A program made the position numbers and the translations under genes. A DNA stretch of 60,396 nucleotides, counting the filler, from Nitrospirae bacterium CG2_30_53_67 (GTDB lineage: Bacteria > CG2-30-53-67): assembly GCA_001873285.1 (NCBI GenBank). It is 5 parts of 5 records of this genome, joined end to end, with 100 filler letters (N's around TTAATTAATTAA, not from the genome) between each part and the next. Parts side by side here need not be neighbours in the genome. Positions count along the whole stretch, not along the records: positions 1 to 10,187 come from MNYV01000153.1; 4 more parts are not named here. One strand, 5' to 3'. The notes under the pieces were generated by a model, which saw only the letters and a list, made by a program, of their open reading frames with translations, ran no database searches and had not been told where the DNA came from. The first letter of the stretch is position 1; the number at the start of each line of letters is the position of its first letter. This document shows, piece after piece, positions 1 through 9,028 of this stretch.

Positions 1-34
1 CATGATCAGAAGATTTGTCAACCTTCTTCTGAAA

Positions 35-54
35 TATGTGACATGCATCACATA
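35..54. promoter_or_regulatory. CRP/FNR-family (CRP/HcpR-type) binding site
   Basis: TATGTGA-CATGCA-TCACATA contains a perfect TGTGA-N6-TCACA (37-52), ~60 bp upstream of the CBS gene. Confidence 0.7.
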
Positions 55-112
55 CGCCTGCAATCCTTTTGAATAGGATACAATAAAAAAGTGTAAAGGG
101 GTTTCCCGGCAG

Positions 113-721
113 ATGGTAATTCCTGATGAGGAAAAGATGACCGATCCCGAAATTCTGGATGAAGATTTCAGGGCCGCTTTAAAAGAGATGCCCGGCTTTG
201 TGGACATCACCGAGAAAGATCTGGTCGAACTCTACCGGCTGGCGCGCAAGCATGCGGGCAACCGCCGTACAGGTCATCTCTTGGTCGAGCAGGTGATGAC
301 GCGGGATGTGGTATCCGTGAAACTGGGCGCCGACCCTCACGACGCCGAGGCCTTGCTCTTCGAACATCGGATCAGCGGGCTTCCGGTGGTCGATGAAGGG
401 AATCATGTGTTGGGCGTCGTGAGCGAGCAGGATTTCCTTCATTGCATGGAGGACCAGGAATTTTTGTCCTTCACGGACCGGGTCAGACACGTTCTTCACA
501 GAAAGGAGTACACCAAAAAGACTCGATGCGAAAAGGTGGAGGACCTGATGACGACGCCTCCGATCACGGTCCAGAAGGGGATGTCGGTGAACCGGGTGGC
601 CACGATTCTGGTGGAAAAGAAGATCAACCGGGTTCCTGTGGTGGATGAAGAGGGGAGGCTGGCAGGTATTGTTTCCCGTGCTGACCTCATCAAGGTGCTC
701 CACGATTTACATAATAAGTAG
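113..721 (+). CDS. CBS-domain pair protein (HPP-associated type)
   Basis: Two CBS motifs (VMTRDVVSV...ISGLPVVD...GVVSEQD; LMTTPPITV...INRVPVVD...GIVSRADL); alternative start at 137. Confidence 0.9.
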   Translation: MVIPDEEKMTDPEILDEDFRAALKEMPGFVDITEKDLVELYRLARKHAGNRRTGHLLVEQVMTRDVVSVKLGADPHDAEALLFEHRISGLPVVDEGNHVLGVVSEQDFLHCMEDQEFLSFTDRVRHVLHRKEYTKKTRCEKVEDLMTTPPITVQKGMSVNRVATILVEKKINRVPVVDEEGRLAGIVSRADLIKVLHDLHNK

Positions 722-1119
722 AGGATCATCTCTAAAAGAGTGGGTGAAAATATAAGGGGTCAAGGGGTCGAGTGAAATGCTCAAAACATAAGGGGTCAAG
801 GGTCATAGGGATAAAGGGTCCCAGGGGTCCAGTGTTTTTCTCTAGTGTCGTGTCAACCTTGTAGTGTCTTTTGGTGTTACCCCCTCATCCTAACCTTCTC
901 CCCATAGGGGAGAAGGGATGTTTAAACTTCCTCTCCCCTTGGGGAGAGGATTGAGGTGAGGGGGTAAATAGATCTTGCTTGTGTTTCAGTATTCCACTTG
1001 ACCCCTTGAATCCTTGACCCCAAGATACCTAAATGTAGTGGCCGTCGCAGACGGCAAAGATAGAGATAAGCGGGGCACGCGAAGCGTAACCCTTCTTAAA
1101 CTAACTGCGAGAAGAACCT
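722..1119. repeat. MITE-like element with inverted GGGGTCAA arrays (copy A), carrying a nested insert
   Basis: Left end AGGATCATCTCTAAAAGAGTGGGTGAAAA, GGGGTCAA arrays, inverted CACTTGACCCCTTGAATCCTTGACCCC, right end GAGAAGAACCT; homologous to 9994-10187, 10288-10484 and 29985-30106. Confidence 0.75.
846..971. repeat. REP-like double-hairpin insert nested in copy A
   Basis: CCCCTCATCCTAACCTTCTCCCCATAGGGGAGAAGGG and CCTCTCCCCTTGGGGAGAGG...GTGAGGGG; flanked by TAG at 843-845 and 969-971; interrupts the TTTTTCTCT/AGAT core seen intact in other copies. Confidence 0.65.
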
Positions 1120-1175
1120 AAATATAGAGAACAAAGAGCGGCCTGCTGAAAAATCCGGAAAAGAAAAGAGAAGGG

Positions 1176-1712
1176 ATGAAGAATTTCTTTCATAAAATGC
1201 GGGGCGGAGGAGAGTGCCCGAAACGGGTTCGGCTTTCCGAAATAGTCTGGTCGTGGATCGGAAGCTTTGCCGGGATTCTTGCCGTGGCTTATCTGTCCAG
1301 CCGATTCATGGAACCTCGCGACCTGACCCTGGTCATCGGTTCTTTCGGTGCGTCTGCGGTTCTGATTTATGCGGCGAGCCGGAGTCCCTTGGCCCAGCCC
1401 TGGAACCTTCTCGGCGGGCATTTCTTCTCTGCATTGGTGGGAGTCGCCTGCTTTAAGTTGTTTCAACCGCAGTGGCTGGCCGCGGCCATGGGCGTTTCTC
1501 TTGCCATAGTCCTTATGCATACCCTCAAGTGTCTTCATCCGCCGGGAGGGGCGACAGCGTTGATCGCCGTGATCGGCGGGCCCAAGATCCATTCACTCGG
1601 TTACCTCTATGCCATCGTTCCGGCGTGTCTGGGCGCTGCAATGATGCTCGTGATCGCGCTGGTCATCAACAATTTGGCCAAGGAACGCTCCTATCCCGAG
1701 TACTGGTTCTGA
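1176..1712 (+). CDS. HPP family membrane protein
   Basis: SFGASAVL, SPLAQPWN and HPPGGA motifs; hydrophobic helices. Confidence 0.93.
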   Translation: MKNFFHKMRGGGECPKRVRLSEIVWSWIGSFAGILAVAYLSSRFMEPRDLTLVIGSFGASAVLIYAASRSPLAQPWNLLGGHFFSALVGVACFKLFQPQWLAAAMGVSLAIVLMHTLKCLHPPGGATALIAVIGGPKIHSLGYLYAIVPACLGAAMMLVIALVINNLAKERSYPEYWF

Positions 1713-1781
1713 ACGGCGGACCGGCCGGCTTCTCGAAACTCAAACATCGTTTTATTCAGGCAGGATTTTTCAAAAAATCCC

Positions 1782-1811
1782 TTGACATTAGCCTTTTAAA
1801 TCTATTATATT
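1782..1811 (+). promoter_or_regulatory. sigma70-like promoter P1 upstream of dsrT
   Basis: TTGACA (1782-1787) and TATATT (1806-1811) in an AT-rich leader. Confidence 0.55.
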
Positions 1812-1908
1812 AGCAACCCGATATATCCTGTAAAGCTAAATAACACGTCATTTAAAGTGCTATCGCGCGGAATAATGAAATATCGGTTTATTCATACTAA
1901 AAAAATTC

Positions 1909-1937
1909 TTGACAAACCTTTTAGAGGTCTTTATATT
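1909..1937 (+). promoter_or_regulatory. sigma70-like promoter P2 upstream of dsrT
   Basis: TTGACA-N17-TATATT. Confidence 0.65.
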
Positions 1938-2104
1938 AACAAAACATTATATGCTTATATTTTTAAGTTTCGGGTGATCCTGTGGTTTGCCTTCTGATAT
2001 TTACTGGAAACTGAAAGGTTTAGGGTGGGCGGGACCATATAAATGAAAACAGACCCGGTTTTTTATGATACGGATAGTTGAAGACCGGAGGAGCACGCTG
2101 ATCC

Positions 2105-2620
2105 ATGAAGCTTGAGACCTTCTTATCACAAAAAAAGTCCGCCATCCTTGAAAAATGGCTTAACCTGCTGCTTGATTCATATCCTTCTGAAAGTTCAGCG
2201 TTATTCAAGAAAAACAAAGATCCATTTTCCAATCCCATGGGGCACACGTTCTCTCAAGAGATGGCGTCCATCTATGACGCACTCTTGAAAGGGACTGATT
2301 TTAGTCAGGATCCGTCTTCCGCCGAGATGTTGATCAAGATCCGGGCGGTTCAGGATTTTTCAGCATCTGAGGCCGTCTCCTTTGTCTTCTCACTCAAAAA
2401 GGTGATCCGGGAGGAACTGGGAGAGATGATCGGCGAGGATGGGGTGCAGGCGGAGTTGCAGGCCTTGGACTCCCGCATAGACGATCTTGCCCTGGTCTGT
2501 TTCGACCACTATATGAAATCCAGGGAGATGATCTATGAACTCAAGGCAAATGAAATAAAGGAAAGGGCATACACGCTCCTGAAAAGAGCGAACATGATGT
2601 GTGAGACCACCGGCTCGTAA
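2105..2620 (+). CDS. dsrT: DsrT (RsbRD N-terminal domain protein)
   Basis: KDPFSNPMGH and IKIRAVQDFSASEAVSFVFSLK motifs; directly upstream of dsrM. Confidence 0.9.
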   Translation: MKLETFLSQKKSAILEKWLNLLLDSYPSESSALFKKNKDPFSNPMGHTFSQEMASIYDALLKGTDFSQDPSSAEMLIKIRAVQDFSASEAVSFVFSLKKVIREELGEMIGEDGVQAELQALDSRIDDLALVCFDHYMKSREMIYELKANEIKERAYTLLKRANMMCETTGS

Positions 2621-2672
2621 AGAGCCCGGTCCATTCCAATCATTTGTTTAACATAAAGCGAGGTAAAAATTC

Positions 2673-3668
2673 ATGGGAGTTCTATCCGCCCTCATCTCAG
2701 TGATGGTACTCGTTTTATTGGCCTACGTGGGAGTGAACCGGGGAGGCTTGAATTACCTCTTCGGGGTGACCATCCCTTATGCGGCCGTTCTCATATTCTT
2801 TCTCGGGTTCATCTACCGCATGGTCCAGTGGGCGCGCTCCCCGGTTCCTTTCCGGATCCCAACCACGTGCGGCCAGCAGAAAACCCTCCCCTGGATCAAG
2901 CAAGACAAACTCGAAAGCCCGTCCGACACCATCAGCGTGCTCGCAAGGATGTTCCTTGAGGTCTTTTTCTTCCGTTCCCTTTTCAGAAACACTCGGGCTG
3001 AACTAAGAGAAGGTAAAAGGCTTGTCTATGGCTCTTCCAAATGGCTCTGGATGGCCGGGATGGCCTTTCATTGGTGTTTCCTCATCATTTTCATCAGGCA
3101 CTTGAGATTCTTCACCATGCCGATCCCCGCTCCCCTGCACATGATCGAGGGGATGGACGGCCTCCTTCAGATCGGCGTGCCGAGGCTCTATATGACCGAC
3201 CTCATCTTTCTGGCGGCGGTCGCCTTCCTTTTCTTAAGAAGGGTGGTCATCCCGCAGGTGCGTTACATTTCCCTTCCCGCGGACTACTTCCCCCTCTTCC
3301 TGATTCTGGCTATCGGAACGAGCGGGGTCCTGATGAGATACTTCACCAAGGTGGATATTGCGGCCGTCAAGGATCTCACCGTGGGTCTTGCAACCCTGCA
3401 TCCCCATATCCCGGGGGTGCAGATCGGAAGCATCTTCTACATTCATCTCTTTCTTGTGAGCGCGCTCTTCATCTATTTTCCGTTCAGTAAACTCATGCAT
3501 CTGGGGGGCGTTTTCTTGAGTCCCACGAGAAATCTGGCGAACAACAACCGCATGGTCAGGCACGTCAACCCCTGGAATTATCCGGTCAAGGTCCATACCT
3601 ACGAAGAGTATGAAGATGAATTCAGGGCAAAGATGATTAAAGCCCACATTCCCGTAGAGAAGGAATAA
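2673..3668 (+). CDS. dsrM: DsrM, NarI-like cytochrome b subunit
   Basis: Multi-TM; PVPFRIPTTCGQQK, FHW, RHLR, YFPFSKLMH and SPTRN motifs. Confidence 0.95.
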   Translation: MGVLSALISVMVLVLLAYVGVNRGGLNYLFGVTIPYAAVLIFFLGFIYRMVQWARSPVPFRIPTTCGQQKTLPWIKQDKLESPSDTISVLARMFLEVFFFRSLFRNTRAELREGKRLVYGSSKWLWMAGMAFHWCFLIIFIRHLRFFTMPIPAPLHMIEGMDGLLQIGVPRLYMTDLIFLAAVAFLFLRRVVIPQVRYISLPADYFPLFLILAIGTSGVLMRYFTKVDIAAVKDLTVGLATLHPHIPGVQIGSIFYIHLFLVSALFIYFPFSKLMHLGGVFLSPTRNLANNNRMVRHVNPWNYPVKVHTYEEYEDEFRAKMIKAHIPVEKE

Positions 3669-3671
3669 GCG

Positions 3672-5291
3672 ATGGCAGATAAACTTCCGACACCGGCAGA
3701 AATGAAGATAGACCACACGCCTCCAAAGACCGGGTGGATGGACACGCCCTTTGAATTCAGAAAGGGGACTTGGTGTTACAGCGCGAAGCCCAAGAGTATT
3801 GAGTATCTCGGGTTCCCCAATCCCCGGGAATGGTCCCCGCCGGATGAGGACTGGAAACTTCCGGAGAACTGGGAGGAGATCATCCACAAAGGGTTCAAGG
3901 AACGGCTCGGCAAGTTCCGTTCCTTCAAACTCTTCATGGATGTCTGTGTCCGGTGCGGCGCCTGCGCCGACAAGTGCCATTTTTTCCTTGGAAGCGGTGA
4001 TCCCAAGAATATGCCGGTCCTCAGGGCCGAACTGCTCCGGTCGGTGTACCGCAAAGATTTCACCGCGGCCGGAAAGCTGCTCGGGAAAGCGGCCGGGGCG
4101 AGAAAGCTCACCGTGCAGGTGCTGAAAGAGTGGTTCTACTATTTCTACCAGTGCTCAGAGTGCCGCCGCTGTTCGGTCTTCTGCCCCTACGGCATTGATA
4201 CGGCCGAGATTACCATGATGGCAAGGGAACTCATGCATCTCGTGGGTGTGAACATCAACTGGATCCTCGATCCTGCGGCCAGCTGTTTCAGGACGGGGAA
4301 CCATCTCGGTCTGGAGCCTCACTCCTTCAAAGACAGCATCGAATCCCTGCTGGACGACGTGGAGGAGATTACAGGCATCCGGGTAGCCCCGTCCTTCAAC
4401 CGCAAGGGGGCCGAGATCCTCTTCATCACCCCTTCCGCGGACGTCTTCGCCGATCCGGGAATCTATACCTTTATGGGATATCTCCTCCTCTTCCATCATA
4501 TCGGGCTCGACTACACCATCAGCACCTACGCCTCCGAAGGGGGGAACTTCGGCCTGTTCACCTCAAACGAGATGATGAAACGGCTCAACGCCAAGATGTA
4601 CGCGGAAGCCAAGCGGCTGGGTGTGAAGTGGATCCTGGGCGGGGAGTGCGGTCATATGTGGCGGGTCGTCCATCAGTACATGGATACCATGAACGGGCCC
4701 GCGGATTTTCTGGAGGAGCCGGTCTCCCCGATCACCGGGACGAAATTCGAGAATGCGAAATCCACCAAGATGGTGCACATCACCGAGTTCACCGCGGATC
4801 TGATCAAAAACGGCAAACTTAAACTCGATCCGAGCCGCAACGACCACCGGAAGGTGACGTTCCACGATTCCTGCAATCCTGCAAGGGCCATGGGTATCTT
4901 TGAAGAGCCCCGCTACGTCCTGAAGAGCGTGTGCAATCATTTCCATGAGATGCCGGAGAATACCATCCGGGAGCAGACCTTCTGCTGCGGGGCCGGTTCC
5001 GGGCTGAATACCGAGGAGTTCATGGAGATGAGGCTCCGGGGCGGGCTCCCCAGGGCGAATGCCGTGAAGTACGTGGCGGAAAAACACGGCGTGAACCTGC
5101 TTACCTGTATCTGTGCGATCGACCGGGCCGTGCTTCCTCCCCTGATGAGATACTGGGTTCCCGGAGTCGAGGTCAGCGGCGTGCACGAACTGGTGGGGAA
5201 TGCCCTGATCATGGATGGCGAAAAGAAGAGGACGACCGGTTTGCGTGAAGAGCCTCTTGAAGGCGTAGAGGAGGACGAAGCCGATGTATGA
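3672..5291 (+). CDS. dsrK: DsrK, HdrD-like Fe-S subunit
   Basis: CVRCGACADKC, CSECRRCSVFC, GECGH, HDSCN and CCG domain (FCCGAG...CICAID). Confidence 0.96.
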   Translation: MADKLPTPAEMKIDHTPPKTGWMDTPFEFRKGTWCYSAKPKSIEYLGFPNPREWSPPDEDWKLPENWEEIIHKGFKERLGKFRSFKLFMDVCVRCGACADKCHFFLGSGDPKNMPVLRAELLRSVYRKDFTAAGKLLGKAAGARKLTVQVLKEWFYYFYQCSECRRCSVFCPYGIDTAEITMMARELMHLVGVNINWILDPAASCFRTGNHLGLEPHSFKDSIESLLDDVEEITGIRVAPSFNRKGAEILFITPSADVFADPGIYTFMGYLLLFHHIGLDYTISTYASEGGNFGLFTSNEMMKRLNAKMYAEAKRLGVKWILGGECGHMWRVVHQYMDTMNGPADFLEEPVSPITGTKFENAKSTKMVHITEFTADLIKNGKLKLDPSRNDHRKVTFHDSCNPARAMGIFEEPRYVLKSVCNHFHEMPENTIREQTFCCGAGSGLNTEEFMEMRLRGGLPRANAVKYVAEKHGVNLLTCICAIDRAVLPPLMRYWVPGVEVSGVHELVGNALIMDGEKKRTTGLREEPLEGVEEDEADV

Positions 5292-5700
5292 TGCCGGGAA
5301 AATTATCGCCGGGTTGCTGATCTTTATCGGTGTGATGACGTTTCCTCTCTGGTACAACATGGGGAAGGCCTCGCCGGCGCCGGAGCCGGAACTCTCGCAA
5401 AAGGCCAAGCAGGAAAAGGAGTGCGTGGAACCCAAGTCATTCATGAAGACCAAGCATATGCAGTTGCTGAACCAATGGCGTGATTCGGCCGTGCGGGAAG
5501 ACATGCGGGTCTATGTAGGATCCAACGGGAAGTCTCACGATATCAGCCTCCAGAACACCTGTCTTAACTGTCATTCCAACAAAGACAAATTCTGCGACAA
5601 GTGCCACGATTTTGTGGGGGTTACACAACTCTACTGCTGGGATTGCCATCTTGAGCCGAAGGAGAAGGAGTTATGGGCTGCAAAAGACGTGAATTTTTAA
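5284..5700 (+). CDS. dsrJ: DsrJ triheme cytochrome c
   Basis: N-terminal TM; three CxxCH motifs (CLNCH, CDKCH, CWDCH); HMQLLNQWRD. Confidence 0.95.
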   Translation: MYDAGKIIAGLLIFIGVMTFPLWYNMGKASPAPEPELSQKAKQEKECVEPKSFMKTKHMQLLNQWRDSAVREDMRVYVGSNGKSHDISLQNTCLNCHSNKDKFCDKCHDFVGVTQLYCWDCHLEPKEKELWAAKDVNF

Positions 5701-6464
5701 AGATCGCCGGACTCTCTACCCTGGCGGGCCTTGCGGGCAAATCGGCCTATGAACTGCTTGCTCCGGGTCAGCTTGAGGCCTCAGAGTTCATGTCGGGCGG
5801 GCAGGCCCTGAAGGCCGAACGCTGGGCCATGGTGATTAATATGAAAAAGTGTTCCGAACAGGAAGAGTGCCGGGACTGCGTTGACGTCTGCCGGCATGTC
5901 CACAACATCCCGGATTTCAAGAACCCCAAAGATGAGATCAAGTGGATCTGGAAGGCCCCGTTCCAGCATGCCTTTCCCGAGCAGGAGAGTGAGTTTGTCG
6001 AGGAAAAACTCAAGGAACTCCCTTTCATCGTTCTCTGCAACCACTGTAAGAATCCGCCGTGCGTCCGGGTCTGTCCCACACAGGCGACCTTCAAGAGGAA
6101 AAAGGACGGGGTGGTCATGATGGATTACCACCGCTGTATCGGGTGCCGCTTCTGCATGGCGGCCTGCCCCTATGGTTCAAGAAGCTTCAACTGGAGAGAT
6201 CCCCGGCCTTTTGTCAACAAGGATGAAGGAAATCCGGAATACCCCACGAGGACCAAGGGCGTTGTGGAGAAATGCACCTTCTGCGACGAAAGGCTTGCCG
6301 TAGGCAAGATCCCGGCCTGTGTAGAGGCCTGTAAGGAGAAGGCGCTGGTCTTTGGTGATCTGGAAGATCCGAATTCAGAGGTCCGGGAACTTCTCAGGGC
6401 CAACTACAGCATCCGGCGAAAACCGGAGCTGGGCACGGAACCTTCCGTTTTCTATATTGTATGA
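5673..6464 (+). CDS. dsrO: DsrO periplasmic Fe-S protein
   Basis: Tat signal KRREFLK; CNHCKNPPCVRVC, CIGCRFCMAAC, KCTFC. Confidence 0.95.
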   Translation: MGCKRREFLKIAGLSTLAGLAGKSAYELLAPGQLEASEFMSGGQALKAERWAMVINMKKCSEQEECRDCVDVCRHVHNIPDFKNPKDEIKWIWKAPFQHAFPEQESEFVEEKLKELPFIVLCNHCKNPPCVRVCPTQATFKRKKDGVVMMDYHRCIGCRFCMAACPYGSRSFNWRDPRPFVNKDEGNPEYPTRTKGVVEKCTFCDERLAVGKIPACVEACKEKALVFGDLEDPNSEVRELLRANYSIRRKPELGTEPSVFYIV

Positions 6465-6471
6465 GGTGACT

Positions 6472-7629
6472 ATGCTGGAAAAGGCATTGACCGGAAGTCG
6501 AAGATACTGGGCATGGATATTTTTCCTGCTTGCGATCATCGGGGTAGGGTTTATTTTCTACCTGCGGCAGCTAAGTTACGGTTTGGGGATCACCGGTATG
6601 AGCCGGGACGTGACTTGGGGGTTCTACATCGCCCAGTTTACCTATCTGGTGGGGGTGGCGGCCTCGGCGGTGATGCTGGTCATTCCTTATTATCTCCATA
6701 ATTACAAGAAATTCGGGAGGATCACGGTTCTCGGAGAGTTCCTGGCCGTCTCCGCCGTGATCATGTGCATCCTGTTCATCTTCGTCGACCTCGGCCAGCC
6801 CTTCCGGGTCATGAATGTGGTCCTGCATCCCACCCCAAACTCGGTCATGTTCTGGGACATGATCGTCCTCTTGGGGTATTTCATGCTGAATATCGTGATC
6901 GCATGGGCTACCCTGGGCGCTGAGCGCAAGTCCGCGCCTCCGCCTTCATGGATCAAACCGCTGATCTACCTTTCGATTCCATGGGCGGTCAGTATCCATA
7001 CGGTGACCGCGTTCCTGTATGCCGGTCTTCCCGGAAGACATATGTGGCTCTCCGCCATCATGGCGGCCCGGTTCCTGGCCTCGGCATTTGCATCAGGCCC
7101 CGCTCTTCTGATTATCCTTTGCCTGATCGTGAGAAGTCAGACCCGTTTCGACCCGGGCAAGGAGGCCATCCAGACCCTGGCCAAGATCGTGACTTACGCC
7201 ATGATCACCAATGTATTTTTTCTGCTCCTTGAATTCTTCACCGCCTTTTACAGCGGGATACCGGGACATATGAATTCCCTCAAATATCTCTTTTTCGGGC
7301 TGGAAGGGCATGGGGCGCTTGTTCCCTTCATGTGGACATTTGTGGTTTTGGCCGTTATAGGAATCGGTATGCTGGTCCCGCCGCCTCTGCGCTCAAACGA
7401 GAATCTTCTGGCCGTTGCCGCGATATTGATCATCGTTTCGACATGGATCGACAAAGGGTTGGGGCTGGTGGTGGGCGGTTTCATCCCTAACCCGTTTGAA
7501 GAAGTGGTGGAATATGCGCCGACCCTGCCCGAACTCTCGATTGCCCTCGGTGTCTGGGCCATCGGGTTTCTGATATTGACCATTCTGTTTAAAGTGGCGA
7601 CGGCCGTTAAGGAAGAGGCCGCTCAGTGA
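6472..7629 (+). CDS. dsrP: DsrP, NrfD-family membrane subunit
   Basis: Start MLEKAL after GAGGTG RBS; TGMSRDVTWGFYIAQF; about 10 TM segments. Confidence 0.95.
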   Translation: MLEKALTGSRRYWAWIFFLLAIIGVGFIFYLRQLSYGLGITGMSRDVTWGFYIAQFTYLVGVAASAVMLVIPYYLHNYKKFGRITVLGEFLAVSAVIMCILFIFVDLGQPFRVMNVVLHPTPNSVMFWDMIVLLGYFMLNIVIAWATLGAERKSAPPPSWIKPLIYLSIPWAVSIHTVTAFLYAGLPGRHMWLSAIMAARFLASAFASGPALLIILCLIVRSQTRFDPGKEAIQTLAKIVTYAMITNVFFLLLEFFTAFYSGIPGHMNSLKYLFFGLEGHGALVPFMWTFVVLAVIGIGMLVPPPLRSNENLLAVAAILIIVSTWIDKGLGLVVGGFIPNPFEEVVEYAPTLPELSIALGVWAIGFLILTILFKVATAVKEEAAQ

Positions 7630-7727
7630 AGGGGTGATCCGGGCCGCGAAGGCCGGATGGTAAAATATTAAGGTGTTTTCGGGAGGTTTGTAACCTTAAA
7701 TTAATAACAACATTGGAGGAAGACGTA

Positions 7728-8063
7728 ATGAGCAGCATTGAAGTCGGCGGCAAGAAAATTGAATTGGATGAGGATGGCTTTCTTAAAAATATGGATGACT
7801 GGAGCAAGGACGTGGCCTTGGCGCTTGCAAAGACCGAAAGCGTCGATATGACGGAAGCGCATTGGGAGGTGGTGAACTTTCTCAGGGATTATTACCAGGA
7901 ATACAAGATCGCCCCGATGATCCGGATCCTGACCAAGGCCATCGGGAAGGCCCTCGGCAAGGAGAAGGGGAATACCAAGTATCTCTATGAACTTTATCCC
8001 GCCGGGCCGGCCAAACAGGCTTGTAAGATTTCCGGTTTGCCCAAGCCCACGGGCTGCGTATAA
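7728..8063 (+). CDS. dsrC: DsrC sulfur carrier with both C-terminal cysteines
   Basis: C-terminus ACKISGLPKPTGCV (Cys-X10-Cys); GGAGGA RBS. Confidence 0.95.
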   Translation: MSSIEVGGKKIELDEDGFLKNMDDWSKDVALALAKTESVDMTEAHWEVVNFLRDYYQEYKIAPMIRILTKAIGKALGKEKGNTKYLYELYPAGPAKQACKISGLPKPTGCV

Positions 8064-8248
8064 GCGGTCCATTTAAAGGGATGGACAGGGGAGCTTCCCC
8101 TTGAAGCGCTGACTCCGGTTGTAGAATCCCTGCGCTTATGGGGAGAAAGGTCTGGAAGAAAAAAACGATGCGGGTCGTACATCCGGACTGCCTTTCAAGA
8201 GGCGGATAACCCGTGCATGAAGATTCACATTTATGTGATGGAGGTACA

Positions 8249-8605
8249 ATGAAATTCGGAATACTGGTTCAGGAAGGCCCCTATAATCACGAGGCGTCGG
8301 ACAGCGCCTACAATTTCATCCAGGCATCACTGGCCAGGGGACATGAAATCACCGGCGTTTTTTTCTACAACGACGGGGTCATCAATGCAACGAAGCTGAT
8401 GGATATCCCTGCCGATGACCGTCACATCAGCAAAAGATGGTCGGAGTTAGGGTCCAAGGGTGTCCAATTGATCGTTTGTGTCGCGGCGGCCAAGCGGCGC
8501 GGCATCAATCAGAATGTTCTCATCGAAAACGCGAGGATCGACGGGCTCGGGCAGTTGAGCGAACTCTGTATCGAGTCCGACCGGCTGGTGACCTTCGGCG
8601 ATTAA
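8249..8605 (+). CDS. dsrE: DsrE sulfurtransferase subunit
   Basis: EGPYNHEASDSAYNF, FFYNDGV and active-site CVAAAKRRG; GGAGG RBS. Confidence 0.92.
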   Translation: MKFGILVQEGPYNHEASDSAYNFIQASLARGHEITGVFFYNDGVINATKLMDIPADDRHISKRWSELGSKGVQLIVCVAAAKRRGINQNVLIENARIDGLGQLSELCIESDRLVTFGD

Positions 8606-8626
8606 ACGAAAGGAGTTGATGAGCCA

Positions 8627-8998
8627 ATGGAAGAGAGTAAAACGAGAAAGATTATGTTTGTGAACCGGAAGGCGCCTCACGGTTCCATTTACGCCTACGA
8701 GGGGTTGGAAGTGATCCTCATCTTCGGGGCGTACGATCAGGAAATCAGCGCCGTCTTCCTGGACGATGCCGTTCTCTCCCTGAAAAAAGGGCAGGATACC
8801 AGTGAGCTTGGGACCAAGGGGTTTGCCGCGACGTTCAAGGTAATGGAATCCTATGGGGTGGAGAACCGATATGTGGACAGGGAGTCGTTGGAACAGAGGG
8901 GCCTCACCAAGGACGATCTGCTGGTTGACGTCGAGGTCATGGACGGGGCGGCGCTCCGCAAGGTTATGGGAGAGCAGGACGTGCTTTTGCCTTTTTAA
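8627..8998 (+). CDS. dsrF: DsrF
   Basis: FVNRKAPHGSIYAYEGLEV, FLDDAV, YVDRESLEQRGL. Confidence 0.92.
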   Translation: MEESKTRKIMFVNRKAPHGSIYAYEGLEVILIFGAYDQEISAVFLDDAVLSLKKGQDTSELGTKGFAATFKVMESYGVENRYVDRESLEQRGLTKDDLLVDVEVMDGAALRKVMGEQDVLLPF

Positions 8999-9028
8999 TG
9001 GTTCGAGTATTCGCAAGGAGGAGAAACA

